A stretch of 64,000 bases of DNA, taken from contig JBPOHW010000005.1 of NCBI GenBank assembly GCA_052035095.1, forward strand, positions 30,269-94,268, written 5' to 3'. The position numbers were made by a program, and so were the translations under genes. Shown in pieces: positions 36,753 to 45,877 of the stretch (positions within the stretch are counted from its first letter, which is position 1; each line of letters begins with the position of its first letter). The notes beneath the pieces are model-generated. The model did not search any database. It was given only the letters and a program-made list of their open reading frames with translations, and was not told the DNA's origin. This stretch comes from Candidatus Moraniibacteriota bacterium (lineage in GTDB: Bacteria > Patescibacteriota > Minisyncoccia > Moranbacterales > UBA1568).

Positions 36753-37541
36753 TCAACGGAATTTCCACTTCCACATATATCGTACCCACGACCGTATATG
36801 CTCGCGCGCGAGGCGACTCGTAAAAGGCGCCACAAACCAACGTGATCGAGCGCTCCCTCTCGCGTGATCGTGTATGACAACCGCTTCCGGCAAGTATACC
36901 ACTCGAAGACCACTCCGCCACGCCCGACGGCACAGATCGGTATCTTCAAAATACATAAAGAAGCGCTCATCAAACCCGCCCACCCGCCGATAAAAATCCG
37001 CTCGTATCATAAGGCACGACCCGATCATCCAGTCGACATCGCGAATCGTCTCGTGATCGAAGTCGGTCATAAGATACCGCCCGAGATACGCCGGCACAAG
37101 ACGCCCGAGCGATGTCCGACGTACAATCGGCGTCCACACTTTCGGAAACCGAAGGCAGGAATATTGAAGCGTCCCGTCGGGATTCAAGAGTTTCGGCCCC
37201 ATAATGCCGATATCCTCACGCTCCTTCATACCCAAAAAAAGAAGTCGGACAGCATCGGGACGAACCAAGGTGTCGGGATTCAGAATAAGGAAAAACTTCC
37301 CCGTCGCCCGCTCGGCGCCCCGATTGTTCCCGCCCCCCATTCCGAGATTCTTTCCGCTTGAAAGGAACACTGCCTCCGGAAACTCCCTCTCGAAAGAAGT
37401 ATCAAAATCAGCCGTCTCGCTATTGTCAACCACGATCGTTTCATGCGATACTCCCGAGAAATCGGCTTTCCGAAGAGAACAAAGACACCGCCGAGTTTTC
37501 TCTCGGCTTCGATAGTTAACCAGAATGATACTCACGTCCAT
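36753..37541 (-). CDS. Glycosyltransferase family 2
   Basis: MDVSIILVNYRSREKTRRCL...VVDNSE...DTD...DED are GT-A (DXD) motifs. The ORF-track N-terminal 69 aa are antisense read-through of tRNA-Arg and are discarded; the start is the ATG at 37539-37541. Confidence 0.8.
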   Translation of the reverse strand: MDVSIILVNYRSREKTRRCLCSLRKADFSGVSHETIVVDNSETADFDTSFEREFPEAVFLSSGKNLGMGGGNNRGAERATGKFFLILNPDTLVRPDAVRLLFLGMKEREDIGIMGPKLLNPDGTLQYSCLRFPKVWTPIVRRTSLGRLVPAYLGRYLMTDFDHETIRDVDWMIGSCLMIRADFYRRVGGFDERFFMYFEDTDLCRRAWRSGLRVVYLPEAVVIHDHARGSARSRWFVAPFTSRLAREHIRSWVRYMWKWKFR

Positions 37542-37633
37542 ACACCGGAAATACCGAAAAATACCAGTTTCCCCATTTCCCCAGTGTACAATACTCGCAA
37601 AAAAAAGTATACTGCCTGACGAAGAAGGCACAC

Positions 37634-37706
37634 GTCTCTGTAGCTCAGTGGATAGAGCGTCTGGTTCCGGTCCAGAAGGCCGCAGGTCCGATTCCTGCCA
37701 GGGACA
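37634..37706 (+). tRNA. tRNA-Arg (anticodon CCG)
   Basis: Manually folded: acceptor GTCTCTG/CAGGGAC (one G-U pair), D-arm GCTC-AGTGGATA-GAGC, anticodon stem TCTGG/CCAGA with loop UUCCGGU, variable AGGCC, T-arm GCAGG-TCCGATT-CCTGC, discriminator A. No CCA encoded. Confidence 0.85.
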
Positions 37707-37710
37707 CACA

Positions 37711-37737
37711 CAAAAAGCGAGTTCGACTCGCTTTTTA
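37711..37737 (+). terminator. Rho-independent terminator immediately after tRNA-Arg
   Basis: AAAAAGCGAG-TTCGA-CTCGCTTTTTAT. Confidence 0.65.
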
Positions 37738-37760
37738 TATTCGCACAAACAAAACTTCGA

Positions 37761-39407
37761 TCATCCTTTCTTCACGGGGAAATCGACGGAAAAGGTGGAG
37801 CCTTTGTTGATGCCTTCGGAGAAAACGGAAATGGTTCCGCCCTGAGCTTCCATCATGCTCTTTCCCACATAGAGCCCGAGCCCGGTACCATTGGCATAGA
37901 GCTTCCCGCTCTCCTCGCCGCGGGTAAACTTCACAAAGAGCCGCGGAATCGCTTCGGGCGCTATGCCGACGCCCGTATCCGAAACCGAGATACGAACCAT
38001 GTTTGACACACGCTCCACTCGAACGCGGACACTCCCCTTCGGCGTATATTTGATCGCGTTATCTATCAAGTTCGACACCACTTCGAACGATTTCTTGCGA
38101 TCGATCCACACCGGCGGCAACGCCTCCCCTTCGGGACACTCAAAGGAAAGCTCAAGCCCCTTCTTCTTGGCGGCAATTGCAAACGTATCGCGAAGTTCAT
38201 TCAAGAATTCACATAAATTCACTTCCGTATATTCATAGACGAGTCGCCCCGCCTCCATACGAGAAATATTGAGAAGATCTTCAACCAAGTGAATAATACG
38301 CTCATTGGACGTATAAATTTTTTTGAGAATATCGGCGATACCGGCGGGCACCGCGCCATATGACCCCTCAAGAAGAAGCGAGACGAATCCCTTGATGGCG
38401 GTAAGCGGCGTCCGCAACTGATGCGACGCAATCGAGATAAATTCCGTTTTCGATTGGTCGAGCCGCTTCAACTCCACGTTCGCCGCCGCGAGCTTGTCCG
38501 TCACCACCTGCAACTCCTCCTTCCGCCGAATTTCATTCTTCACCGACCGGATGAGCAATATCCCGAATCCGATGGATAGAAGAAAGGTAACCGAAGTCAA
38601 AATATAATTGGTCGTTGTCTTGATGAAAAAAAGCTGAGCGCCGATAAGAACCGAAAGCCCAATCACCAACGCCTGCGCAGCAAGAAGCTTAATATTGAAT
38701 ATCTGGTATCGGACAATGAGATACGCCAAAAGCCCCATAAAAACCGGCATGCCGAAGAGTCCGTATTGGAGATATTCCCAATGCTCGGTAACACTTCCCA
38801 AAATATTCATCCCGGAAAAAGAGAGAAGAAAGAAAATTGAACCAACGGAAAGAAGCACCACCTTCTTTCTCTCTTCTCCGGAAGAATGAGCTATTTTATA
38901 AAGAAGAAATCCGAGAAGCCAGAGAAAAAAGAATACTTCGAGAAAATAGAAGTAGTATATGATCGGTCCCTGCGTCGCCTCGCAAACGGCCACATCAAAA
39001 CCCTTCAAATTAATACCCGTTGGAATCAACGCTAAAAATGGAAGAAAGAGGAAAGCGACAAACATTTTCCATCGAAGCAACACATCGCGCTTTTCCAAGA
39101 AGAGATACACGAAGTACAGCGTAAACACCGAAACGAAATTTTCAAGAATGTTAACAAACGACCACACAAACATAATGAAGCGACTGTCATTATTTGTCCA
39201 AAGTACAAGGTCTGAAAGCGCCCAAAAAGTAAAAAAAATAGATACGAAAAGAAGAGACTGAGCGGAAATATCACGACCCTTCATCCAAACAAAAAATCCG
39301 AGAAACAATGAAACAAGAATTGCCGGGAAATGTGAATAATACAAAAGTGGATGTGCTTCTTCTGAAAATATAAAAAACAAAGGATCTGAAATGTCTGTAC
39401 AGAACAT
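37761..39407 (-). CDS. Sensor histidine kinase with large N-terminal polytopic membrane domain
   Basis: About 8 TM helices, then HisKA (SHQLRTPLTAIKGF, phospho-His) and HATPase_c (GTGLGLYVGKSMMEAQGG) motifs. Confidence 0.85.
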   Translation of the reverse strand: MFCTDISDPLFFIFSEEAHPLLYYSHFPAILVSLFLGFFVWMKGRDISAQSLLFVSIFFTFWALSDLVLWTNNDSRFIMFVWSFVNILENFVSVFTLYFVYLFLEKRDVLLRWKMFVAFLFLPFLALIPTGINLKGFDVAVCEATQGPIIYYFYFLEVFFFLWLLGFLLYKIAHSSGEERKKVVLLSVGSIFFLLSFSGMNILGSVTEHWEYLQYGLFGMPVFMGLLAYLIVRYQIFNIKLLAAQALVIGLSVLIGAQLFFIKTTTNYILTSVTFLLSIGFGILLIRSVKNEIRRKEELQVVTDKLAAANVELKRLDQSKTEFISIASHQLRTPLTAIKGFVSLLLEGSYGAVPAGIADILKKIYTSNERIIHLVEDLLNISRMEAGRLVYEYTEVNLCEFLNELRDTFAIAAKKKGLELSFECPEGEALPPVWIDRKKSFEVVSNLIDNAIKYTPKGSVRVRVERVSNMVRISVSDTGVGIAPEAIPRLFVKFTRGEESGKLYANGTGLGLYVGKSMMEAQGGTISVFSEGINKGSTFSVDFPVKKG

Positions 39408-39493
39408 AAAAGAAATTTTTATTCCCTCCTCGGGGTCATTTTAACATAAAACAAGTATCCCTGCTCTAAAAGGCCAACTTCAAAGGAAAATAT

Positions 39494-40429
39494 CTACAAT
39501 AAGTAAACTCCAAAAGCAACAACTGCTATAGAACATATTTTAACACATAAACCGCGAAATTGATCTCGATATATTTTTTGTACAAACAGTGTCTGAAAAC
39601 GAAAAATCCACAAAAATACTATCAATAGAGCGCTAAACAACATCACAAAAGCCGGAATCAGGGTTTCCAAGACCGCAACAAAAGACGGTGAAGAGGAAAG
39701 GGAGAGCGCTCGTTGCGAACACAAAAATCCGAGAAGCGCCAGCCCTTCGCTTATCAAAAACACAAACCAATATCGTCGCGCCAGCTGAAACACTTTTGCA
39801 TTTCGTACTTTCACCGCCCACACAAGCGGCGCCACCAAAAATGCACCGAGTGAGAAAAGGAGATATCCGCTCCAAAATCCACCTTCTCCGACCAACTCAT
39901 ACGCGTGGGATTGAATTACCATACTTGCGGCAAGAGAGATATTCGCAAACAACATAGTCCCGGCGATAGACCAAAATCCTTCCGCGCGAATCGATGAGTC
40001 CATTGAAAGAAAAAATCCGCCGAGAAAAGCGACAAAAATTCCAACATACTGAATCCATTCAAGCCGTTCCCCAAGCGTGACCCATGAAAAAACCGGAACG
40101 AGGGGAAGTGAAAGCGTCCACAGTACCTGCGCCAGCGAGACATCGTTCTTTTGAAAGAGGGCTTTAAAATAAAAGTAGAAAGCCCCCATATAGAGGAAGC
40201 CCCCAAGAAGAAAAAGAACAAAAGGAAACATCGGAAGAAGCTGAAATTCCAAGATACCGAAAGGAACGGCAATCCATGGAACGATCTGAAAAAAACTCGA
40301 CAACAAAAGACCGTCAAGCGGTCCATCATAGATATCCTCAACAAAATACACGTCAATCAAATTGACAATCGCCCACAAGGCCGGCGCGCACAGCGCCAAG
40401 AGAAACCAATTATCCCAGAGAAAGTGCAT
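39494..40429 (-). CDS. Polytopic membrane protein, function unknown (first gene of AT-rich island)
   Basis: 311 aa with about 9 predicted TM helices and no diagnostic motif. Lower GC than the backbone. Confidence 0.4.
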   Translation of the reverse strand: MHFLWDNWFLLALCAPALWAIVNLIDVYFVEDIYDGPLDGLLLSSFFQIVPWIAVPFGILEFQLLPMFPFVLFLLGGFLYMGAFYFYFKALFQKNDVSLAQVLWTLSLPLVPVFSWVTLGERLEWIQYVGIFVAFLGGFFLSMDSSIRAEGFWSIAGTMLFANISLAASMVIQSHAYELVGEGGFWSGYLLFSLGAFLVAPLVWAVKVRNAKVFQLARRYWFVFLISEGLALLGFLCSQRALSLSSSPSFVAVLETLIPAFVMLFSALLIVFLWIFRFQTLFVQKIYRDQFRGLCVKICSIAVVAFGVYLL

Positions 40430-40486
40430 ATCGAAGGTAATCAGTAAAAAACAAAACTAAAACTATTTATAAAAATCAATTGTTTT

Positions 40487-40942
40487 TTACTTTTCCTGTA
40501 TGTTCAAGATTCTCTCTTGCACCCTATCGAGCTCCTCATCAGATACCTTTGGCCCTTCAACTGTTGTAATATAGCCAAGATATTCTGGATGAAATTCAAA
40601 GTGCTTGCTCCAGATATTCGTCTCATCCGCAAGATTTCCATGAAGCGGATACAGCTTTGCATGAACATAGGCAACGCCGGTACCCTCAAATACCATAGCA
40701 ACACGAGACACGCCAAGTGCTTTTTCAAGAATTTTTGCCACCGTTCTCGCCGCACCAAGCAAACCTTGATAGTCATTCTCCTTTAAGTCAAATACGTAGT
40801 TCCCAACATCACTCTTTGGAATCACGACAGTTACTCCAATGGTATTGGGAAATGGCGTCAAAAAAGCAAGGTAGTCATTATCTTCCCATACCTTCCACGA
40901 TTTCAATTCTCCAGAGAGAATTCTTTCAAAGAGAGTGCTCAT
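40487..40942 (-). CDS. HIT-superfamily-like protein with degenerate histidine triad
   Basis: The N-terminal FERILSGEL...WEDNDYLAFLTPFPNTIGVTVVIPK matches the HIT fold (IFCKII..E.P..V.ED....AF.DI.P.APGH.LVIPK). The HxHxHxx triad position reads VHAKLYP, with only one His retained. Confidence 0.45.
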   Translation of the reverse strand: MSTLFERILSGELKSWKVWEDNDYLAFLTPFPNTIGVTVVIPKSDVGNYVFDLKENDYQGLLGAARTVAKILEKALGVSRVAMVFEGTGVAYVHAKLYPLHGNLADETNIWSKHFEFHPEYLGYITTVEGPKVSDEELDRVQERILNIQEK

Positions 40943-40983
40943 AAACTCGATTAGCTCAATTCAGAAAGCGCTTTTTCCGCATG

Positions 40984-42393
40984 CTATTTCTTTCGCTTCT
41001 CAATCCAAACCTGTCGTAGCGTTTCATCGGATAACTCGCTCGGAGCGCCCATAAGCAAATCTTTTGCCTCGCCTGTTTTTGGAAATGCGATTACTTCACG
41101 AATACTTTCTTCACCAAGAATAGTAGAGATAAGCCGATCCATTCCAAGCCCCGTTCCAGCGTGCGGTGGAACCCCAAGAGAAAATGCACGAAGTATATGA
41201 CCAAATTTATTCTGTATTTCCTCTTCCCTAAGTCCGATCGACTCAAATATGGTTTTTTGTAGCCCTGCATCATGTATACGAACACTGCCAGAACTAATTT
41301 CATACCCATTCAGAACAAGATCAAACGCCGTGGAACGAACCGAGAGCGGATCGCTTTTTATTCGAGATATATCTTCGTCGAGCGGCATGGTAAATGGGTG
41401 ATGCGCGGATGAAATTCCAGTCTTCGAAGTGCTATCTTCTTCAAAAAGCGGAAACTCCGTCACCCAACAAAATGCCAACGTGTCACTATCTTTTTTCTCT
41501 CGCATATCCGGTTTGTCACACCCATAATTCTTCATAGAATCCGCATAGGTCATTTTTGGAAACGGCGTAGAAAGAATTTTCTTGTTCGGAAATATCTTCG
41601 AAACAAGCGCTATCATAGAATCCTCAACCATTTTCATCACATCACCCTCATCAACAAAAGACATCTCAATGTCAAATTGAGTAAATTCCGGCTGACGATC
41701 CTGTCGCTGATCCTCATCTCGAAAGCACCGTGCCACCTGAAAATATTTCCCCATACCGGAGACCATGAGAAGTTGTTTGAACTGTTGTGGAGATTGCGGA
41801 AGAACATAAAACTGTCCATGATGAATTCTCGAAGGAACGATAAATTCTCGAGCACCCTCCGGAGTTCCCTTAGTAAGGATAGGTGTCTCCACCTCACAAA
41901 ATCCATTCTCGCTGTAGTAATTCCGAAGAAAGAGCATTGTTTCATGGCGAGACCGGATATTTCTTTGCATTCGATCCGATCGGAGATCAAGATATCGGTG
42001 TTTCATGCGAAGAGACTCGTCTATCGCATTCGTGTCATCGTCAACGGAAAATGGAAGCGCTGTCGCAGGCGAAAAAATATGAAGAGTTTCAGCGACAAGT
42101 TCTCTGTCACCGAGAGGCTGATTTGGATTTATGAGATTTTTTTGTCGCTCAACGACGGTTCCGGAAACTTGTATGACCGACTCGAGGGAAATCTTCTTTA
42201 TTTGTTCAAATGTTTCTCCGGTACACACAACCTGAATTTTCCCCGAAGGGTCACGAAGATCACAAAAAGCAACCTTTCCGTGCAGTCGGAGGTTGTGTAC
42301 CCACCCAGAAAGAATAGTCTTTTTTCCGACACGTTCCCGACTCTCAGCTATAGAGCAATCATTCTTTCTATAGGTTTTCATAATGGTTTCCAT
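40984..42393 (-). CDS. aspS: Aspartyl-tRNA synthetase, bacterial type lacking the GAD insertion domain
   Basis: 469 aa with an N-terminal OB fold, RYLDLR, QSPQQFKQLLMVSG, FRDEDQRQDRQPEFTQFDIEMSF (motif 2), bacterial-specific LAFCWVTEFPLFEE and AHHPFTMP, GGSVRIHD and GLGMDRL (motif 3). There is no roughly 100-aa GAD domain. Its start overlaps the stop of the upstream fusion gene. Confidence 0.8.
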   Translation of the reverse strand: METIMKTYRKNDCSIAESRERVGKKTILSGWVHNLRLHGKVAFCDLRDPSGKIQVVCTGETFEQIKKISLESVIQVSGTVVERQKNLINPNQPLGDRELVAETLHIFSPATALPFSVDDDTNAIDESLRMKHRYLDLRSDRMQRNIRSRHETMLFLRNYYSENGFCEVETPILTKGTPEGAREFIVPSRIHHGQFYVLPQSPQQFKQLLMVSGMGKYFQVARCFRDEDQRQDRQPEFTQFDIEMSFVDEGDVMKMVEDSMIALVSKIFPNKKILSTPFPKMTYADSMKNYGCDKPDMREKKDSDTLAFCWVTEFPLFEEDSTSKTGISSAHHPFTMPLDEDISRIKSDPLSVRSTAFDLVLNGYEISSGSVRIHDAGLQKTIFESIGLREEEIQNKFGHILRAFSLGVPPHAGTGLGMDRLISTILGEESIREVIAFPKTGEAKDLLMGAPSELSDETLRQVWIEKRKK

Positions 42394-44381
42394 TAAGGAA
42401 TAATATGTGTCTGGCTTCTTGGAAATAGAACTACGTCTTCAACGGTATTATACCCAAGTAATTTCGCAACAACCCGATCAATTCCAAGACAAAAACCGCC
42501 GTGCGAAACCGGCGTCTTGAAGTAATCGAGATAAAACTGAAAGTTTTCAGGATTTACTCCTGACATCTTCATTCTTTCAACAATACGAGAAGCATCGGTT
42601 TCTCGTACGGCGCCAGAACAAATTTCCCAGCCCCTATAAATAATATCAAAGGACTCTGTATAGTGCTCGTCCACCTCTTTCGTATAAAACTTTTTCGTGA
42701 GATTCGGATAATGAACAATCGCAAAAATATCCCAGCTACGATTTTCTTTTAAGAAATTTGCCAATTCGTATTCCCTGCTATAACCAAGATCATCCCCGTA
42801 CGAATATTCAGTATCAACATGAGCTGTCACTATCTCAAATACCTCGTCATAACTTATGGATTGTATTTCCTTCGCAATAACATTTTCTTGCGCAATAAGT
42901 TGCCCTTCCAATAATCTCTCCGAGGAAAAATTCAGTATTTCTCCAGCAACAGCAAGTAGAGCATTGATTCCTTCATTTTTCTTCAGTTGCATTTCAACAT
43001 CAAGCCCCCATGCTTCTGATAAATGCCTTGCAGTAGGACTCGTCTCCTCACGCCAAAATGGTCCATACTCAAAAACGCGCCTCATCCCAGACAGAACAAG
43101 CATTTGCTTATACATCTGATTAGACTGTCGCAAAAAAAGTTTTCTTTCATACCATTGAACAGAGAACAATTCCTCACTTGCATTGTTTCTCGGTGGGTCA
43201 GTTGATATTGGTACTACATACGGAGTATGCACTTCCGTATAAACCTCCTTTTCTTGCAGATAATCTCGGAAGCCCTTTTCAAAAACGCTTCTCAAAAAAG
43301 CAACGTGCGCTAAATTTTTATTGAGCCTCTTCTTGCTCAATTCTAAGTTTAAGCCGACCTCCACACTTATCAACTCTTTTTCTATAGCACGATACACCTC
43401 ACCGACACGTTCTCTTATAATCTCATTTGCCTTTTCAATTTGAGCAACTCGATCCCTATATCGTTGAGCAGTCAGTTTTTTTATGGTCGCTATTGAATAG
43501 ATAGACGCGCTTTTGTTCAAAGATGCAAGCAAAATCGTATTCTGAGGGTTTCCAACATCGATAATTTTTGGTATATGGAACAACTTATTTATTTTCTCTG
43601 ACTCTTCATAAGAAAGAACATCCGAAAGACAGAAGAAAACGGCATCGTACTCGCCTATTTTATCGAGATACTCACTAAATTCGACTCTGGCTCTTGCCAC
43701 TCCGGTTTCAACCAATTTATTTGCTCGAGACTCTGTCCTATTTGTAACATCAATAGATTCAAAACCTTTTTCATGTAAAACATGTGCAATGAGGCTCCCC
43801 ATAGCTCCACATCCGACAATCAGAATGCACTGAGACTGATCGCCATTTACATTTTGAAGCAACTCAACCGCTTGTCGACCGACTGAAACGTTTCCAATCC
43901 CTATCATTGTTTGTTCTTTTACGGAAAGCGCTACTCTTTTGGCTGAACGAAAAAGAACCTCCATTACCGGACCAGAGGCTTTAAATTTTTTACTGCTCGT
44001 CAAAGCAAATCGAACCTGTCCAAGTACTTGACCATCCCCAATGGTCACGCTCTTTAATCCGGAAGACACTTGCAAGAGATGCTCGACACATTTGTATTCA
44101 CGGTAAAGGGCGATGTCAGATCCGCCGAAGCCATCTGGAGAGATACTAACTAATCTCCACGTTTTTACAATTTTTTCCAAATCAAAAACCCCCCAGACAA
44201 AAATCTCCGTGCAATTACATTTTTGCAAAATGACTACCTCCTCTACACAGGGGAGTTTCTTAAATTCACTATATCCCCGCGAAATATCTTTAATATTACA
44301 GGCATTGACGATATCCTGAGTGTTATTATTTAGACTTATTGAAATACAATAAAGGTCTCTTTTTTGCAAAGTTTTCCCCAT
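42393..44381 (-). CDS. Fusion protein: glutamyl-tRNA reductase (HemA/GluTR)-like N-terminal half + class IIb aminoacyl-tRNA-synthetase-like catalytic core (AspRS/AsnRS/AsnA-type, no anticodon-binding domain)
   Basis: N-half: VVILQKCNCTEIFVW (GluTR catalytic-Cys motif TCNRTELY, with Arg replaced by Cys), VEHLLQVSSGLKSVTIGDGQVLGQVRFAL (versus GluTR [23 protein letters not shown]), ILIVGCGAMGSLIAHVL...NRTESRANKLV (NADPH Rossmann domain, versus LLVGAGET...ANRTRERAQ) and KIIDVGNPQN (versus DIAVPRD). C-half: EVHTPYVV...RQSNQMYKQMLVLSG, YGPFWREETSPTARHLSEAWGLDVEM (motif 2), SFDIIYRGWEICSGAVRE and GGFCLGIDRVVAKLLG (motif 3). Confidence 0.7.
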   Translation of the reverse strand: MGKTLQKRDLYCISISLNNNTQDIVNACNIKDISRGYSEFKKLPCVEEVVILQKCNCTEIFVWGVFDLEKIVKTWRLVSISPDGFGGSDIALYREYKCVEHLLQVSSGLKSVTIGDGQVLGQVRFALTSSKKFKASGPVMEVLFRSAKRVALSVKEQTMIGIGNVSVGRQAVELLQNVNGDQSQCILIVGCGAMGSLIAHVLHEKGFESIDVTNRTESRANKLVETGVARARVEFSEYLDKIGEYDAVFFCLSDVLSYEESEKINKLFHIPKIIDVGNPQNTILLASLNKSASIYSIATIKKLTAQRYRDRVAQIEKANEIIRERVGEVYRAIEKELISVEVGLNLELSKKRLNKNLAHVAFLRSVFEKGFRDYLQEKEVYTEVHTPYVVPISTDPPRNNASEELFSVQWYERKLFLRQSNQMYKQMLVLSGMRRVFEYGPFWREETSPTARHLSEAWGLDVEMQLKKNEGINALLAVAGEILNFSSERLLEGQLIAQENVIAKEIQSISYDEVFEIVTAHVDTEYSYGDDLGYSREYELANFLKENRSWDIFAIVHYPNLTKKFYTKEVDEHYTESFDIIYRGWEICSGAVRETDASRIVERMKMSGVNPENFQFYLDYFKTPVSHGGFCLGIDRVVAKLLGYNTVEDVVLFPRSQTHIIP

Positions 44382-44551
44382 ACAACAAAAAAAATTCAGT
44401 AAGCAACCGACAAAAAGAAGTTATCAGGAAAGTAAACGAAAGACAAGTGCAGGCTTCTTCACTACGAAATTGCAAGACATCAGAACATCCATCCCCATCG
44501 TTTCAGCCGTTTGCTATCCTTTCTTTATAAATAGCTCCCTGATATAGGAAA

Positions 44552-45877
44552 TTAGGAAACCCATCCCCATTTTTGTAACAAAGGAAGCTCTTTTTCTGCA
44601 AATTGAACGCCGATATCTGTTCGGTAAAACATCTTCGGAACAATAATCTTTTCAACAATGCAATATACCTCTCCCCTTGCTTTTTCTATAGAATCTCCAA
44701 ATCCGGTAACGTAGAGTATAAACCCGTTGCTTCCGGAAATATAGTAATTCTTTCCCTCAGTTCCTCTATCCTTGGAAATTTCTTCAAAATGAACTCGACT
44801 TCGTTCCTCATGAGAAAGTGGGCAACTAAAGAAAACTCTCACACCTTTTGATGAATATATCGATGATATACCTTCATAGGGAAATGGTGGCGCCGCTACA
44901 GAGACAACTACGCCAAATCCGTGTTTATACTTCAAATCATACGATTTTCCATCCGCCACGGCACTCAAAAATTCCGTCCATGGGGAAAGATGGATTTCCG
45001 CTTGCAGCTGAGTGGAGGGACAACCAAGTCGCGAGGTAACCTCAAGCGGATACAGAGCCTTTTTATCAAGGATGCAATTTATGTCAATATCGCCTCTAAA
45101 ATCAATTTTCTGAAGATATGATTTCATCTTGGCAAGCGTCTGACAAAAAAGCTGGTTATTTTCATTATCGGTATACCACATCACCGTTCCCATTTCTCCG
45201 GTTTTCGGTCCGATACCATCGTTAAAAAGACTTTTGTGCTCAACATTGATTTCGATTGGTCCCACCCAATCCTTTCCATTAAAATAACGAGCAACCCCAA
45301 CCTCTATTCCCATCACCTTTTTCTGCAGGTCGATATCTTGAATTCCAACCTCATCATATTTTTTCAACACACTCAAAACATCCTCCCCATCATCAACTTT
45401 TCCAACATAATTAAGCGAACTTTGGTGACTATTCTGCTTTATCACCCACTGGCCCGGATGTTTTTTTAAAAATGCTATCGCCTTTTTCGGGCTCTCAAAA
45501 CGAAACGACGGGAGTATGGCAATCCCGCATTCCTCTAAAATTTTTTGTCCGTACTCGCGATTTTTTTCGAGACGATCTCCAAACGCGCTTCCGCCAAAAA
45601 CGCGGTAGCCTTCTTTTCGCAGGCGATCCTGTTCTCGACCAAACCCGACATCGTCAAAAACAATAAGCCCCTTCTTCCCCACCCATTCAAGCTCTTTTTT
45701 CCAGTCATTCGTCTTTTTGACCATACCATCGAGACATTCGCGCCGCTTCGGATCGCGAATATACATTTTCACGTCATTCCCCTCGCCCTTCAGGCGAACA
45801 CACAGATCCGCCCCAATTAATTCCCCCGAAACAAAGAGTATCCGCATAAAACAAAAAAGATAATTCCTCTCAATCAA
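44552..45877 (-). CDS. PurD-like ATP-grasp ligase (glycinamide-ribonucleotide-synthetase family fold)
   Basis: MRILFVSGELIG (PurD-type N-domain start), ATP-grasp core, GPKTGEMGTV (versus PurD GPNTGGMGA) and a C-terminal GFGDSIEKARGEVY (versus PurD GDTLEEAR..AY). The likely start is the internal MRILF Met. Confidence 0.6.
   Translation of the reverse strand: MIERNYLFCFMRILFVSGELIGADLCVRLKGEGNDVKMYIRDPKRRECLDGMVKKTNDWKKELEWVGKKGLIVFDDVGFGREQDRLRKEGYRVFGGSAFGDRLEKNREYGQKILEECGIAILPSFRFESPKKAIAFLKKHPGQWVIKQNSHQSSLNYVGKVDDGEDVLSVLKKYDEVGIQDIDLQKKVMGIEVGVARYFNGKDWVGPIEINVEHKSLFNDGIGPKTGEMGTVMWYTDNENNQLFCQTLAKMKSYLQKIDFRGDIDINCILDKKALYPLEVTSRLGCPSTQLQAEIHLSPWTEFLSAVADGKSYDLKYKHGFGVVVSVAAPPFPYEGISSIYSSKGVRVFFSCPLSHEERSRVHFEEISKDRGTEGKNYYISGSNGFILYVTGFGDSIEKARGEVYCIVEKIIVPKMFYRTDIGVQFAEKELPLLQKWGWVS

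Noticed and set aside
37542-37748. N-terminal 69 aa of the 36753..37748 ORF (…WQESDLRPSGPEPDALSTELQRR…)
   Set aside because: That stretch is the reverse translation of tRNA-Arg. The real glycosyltransferase starts at the internal MDVSIILVNY Met.
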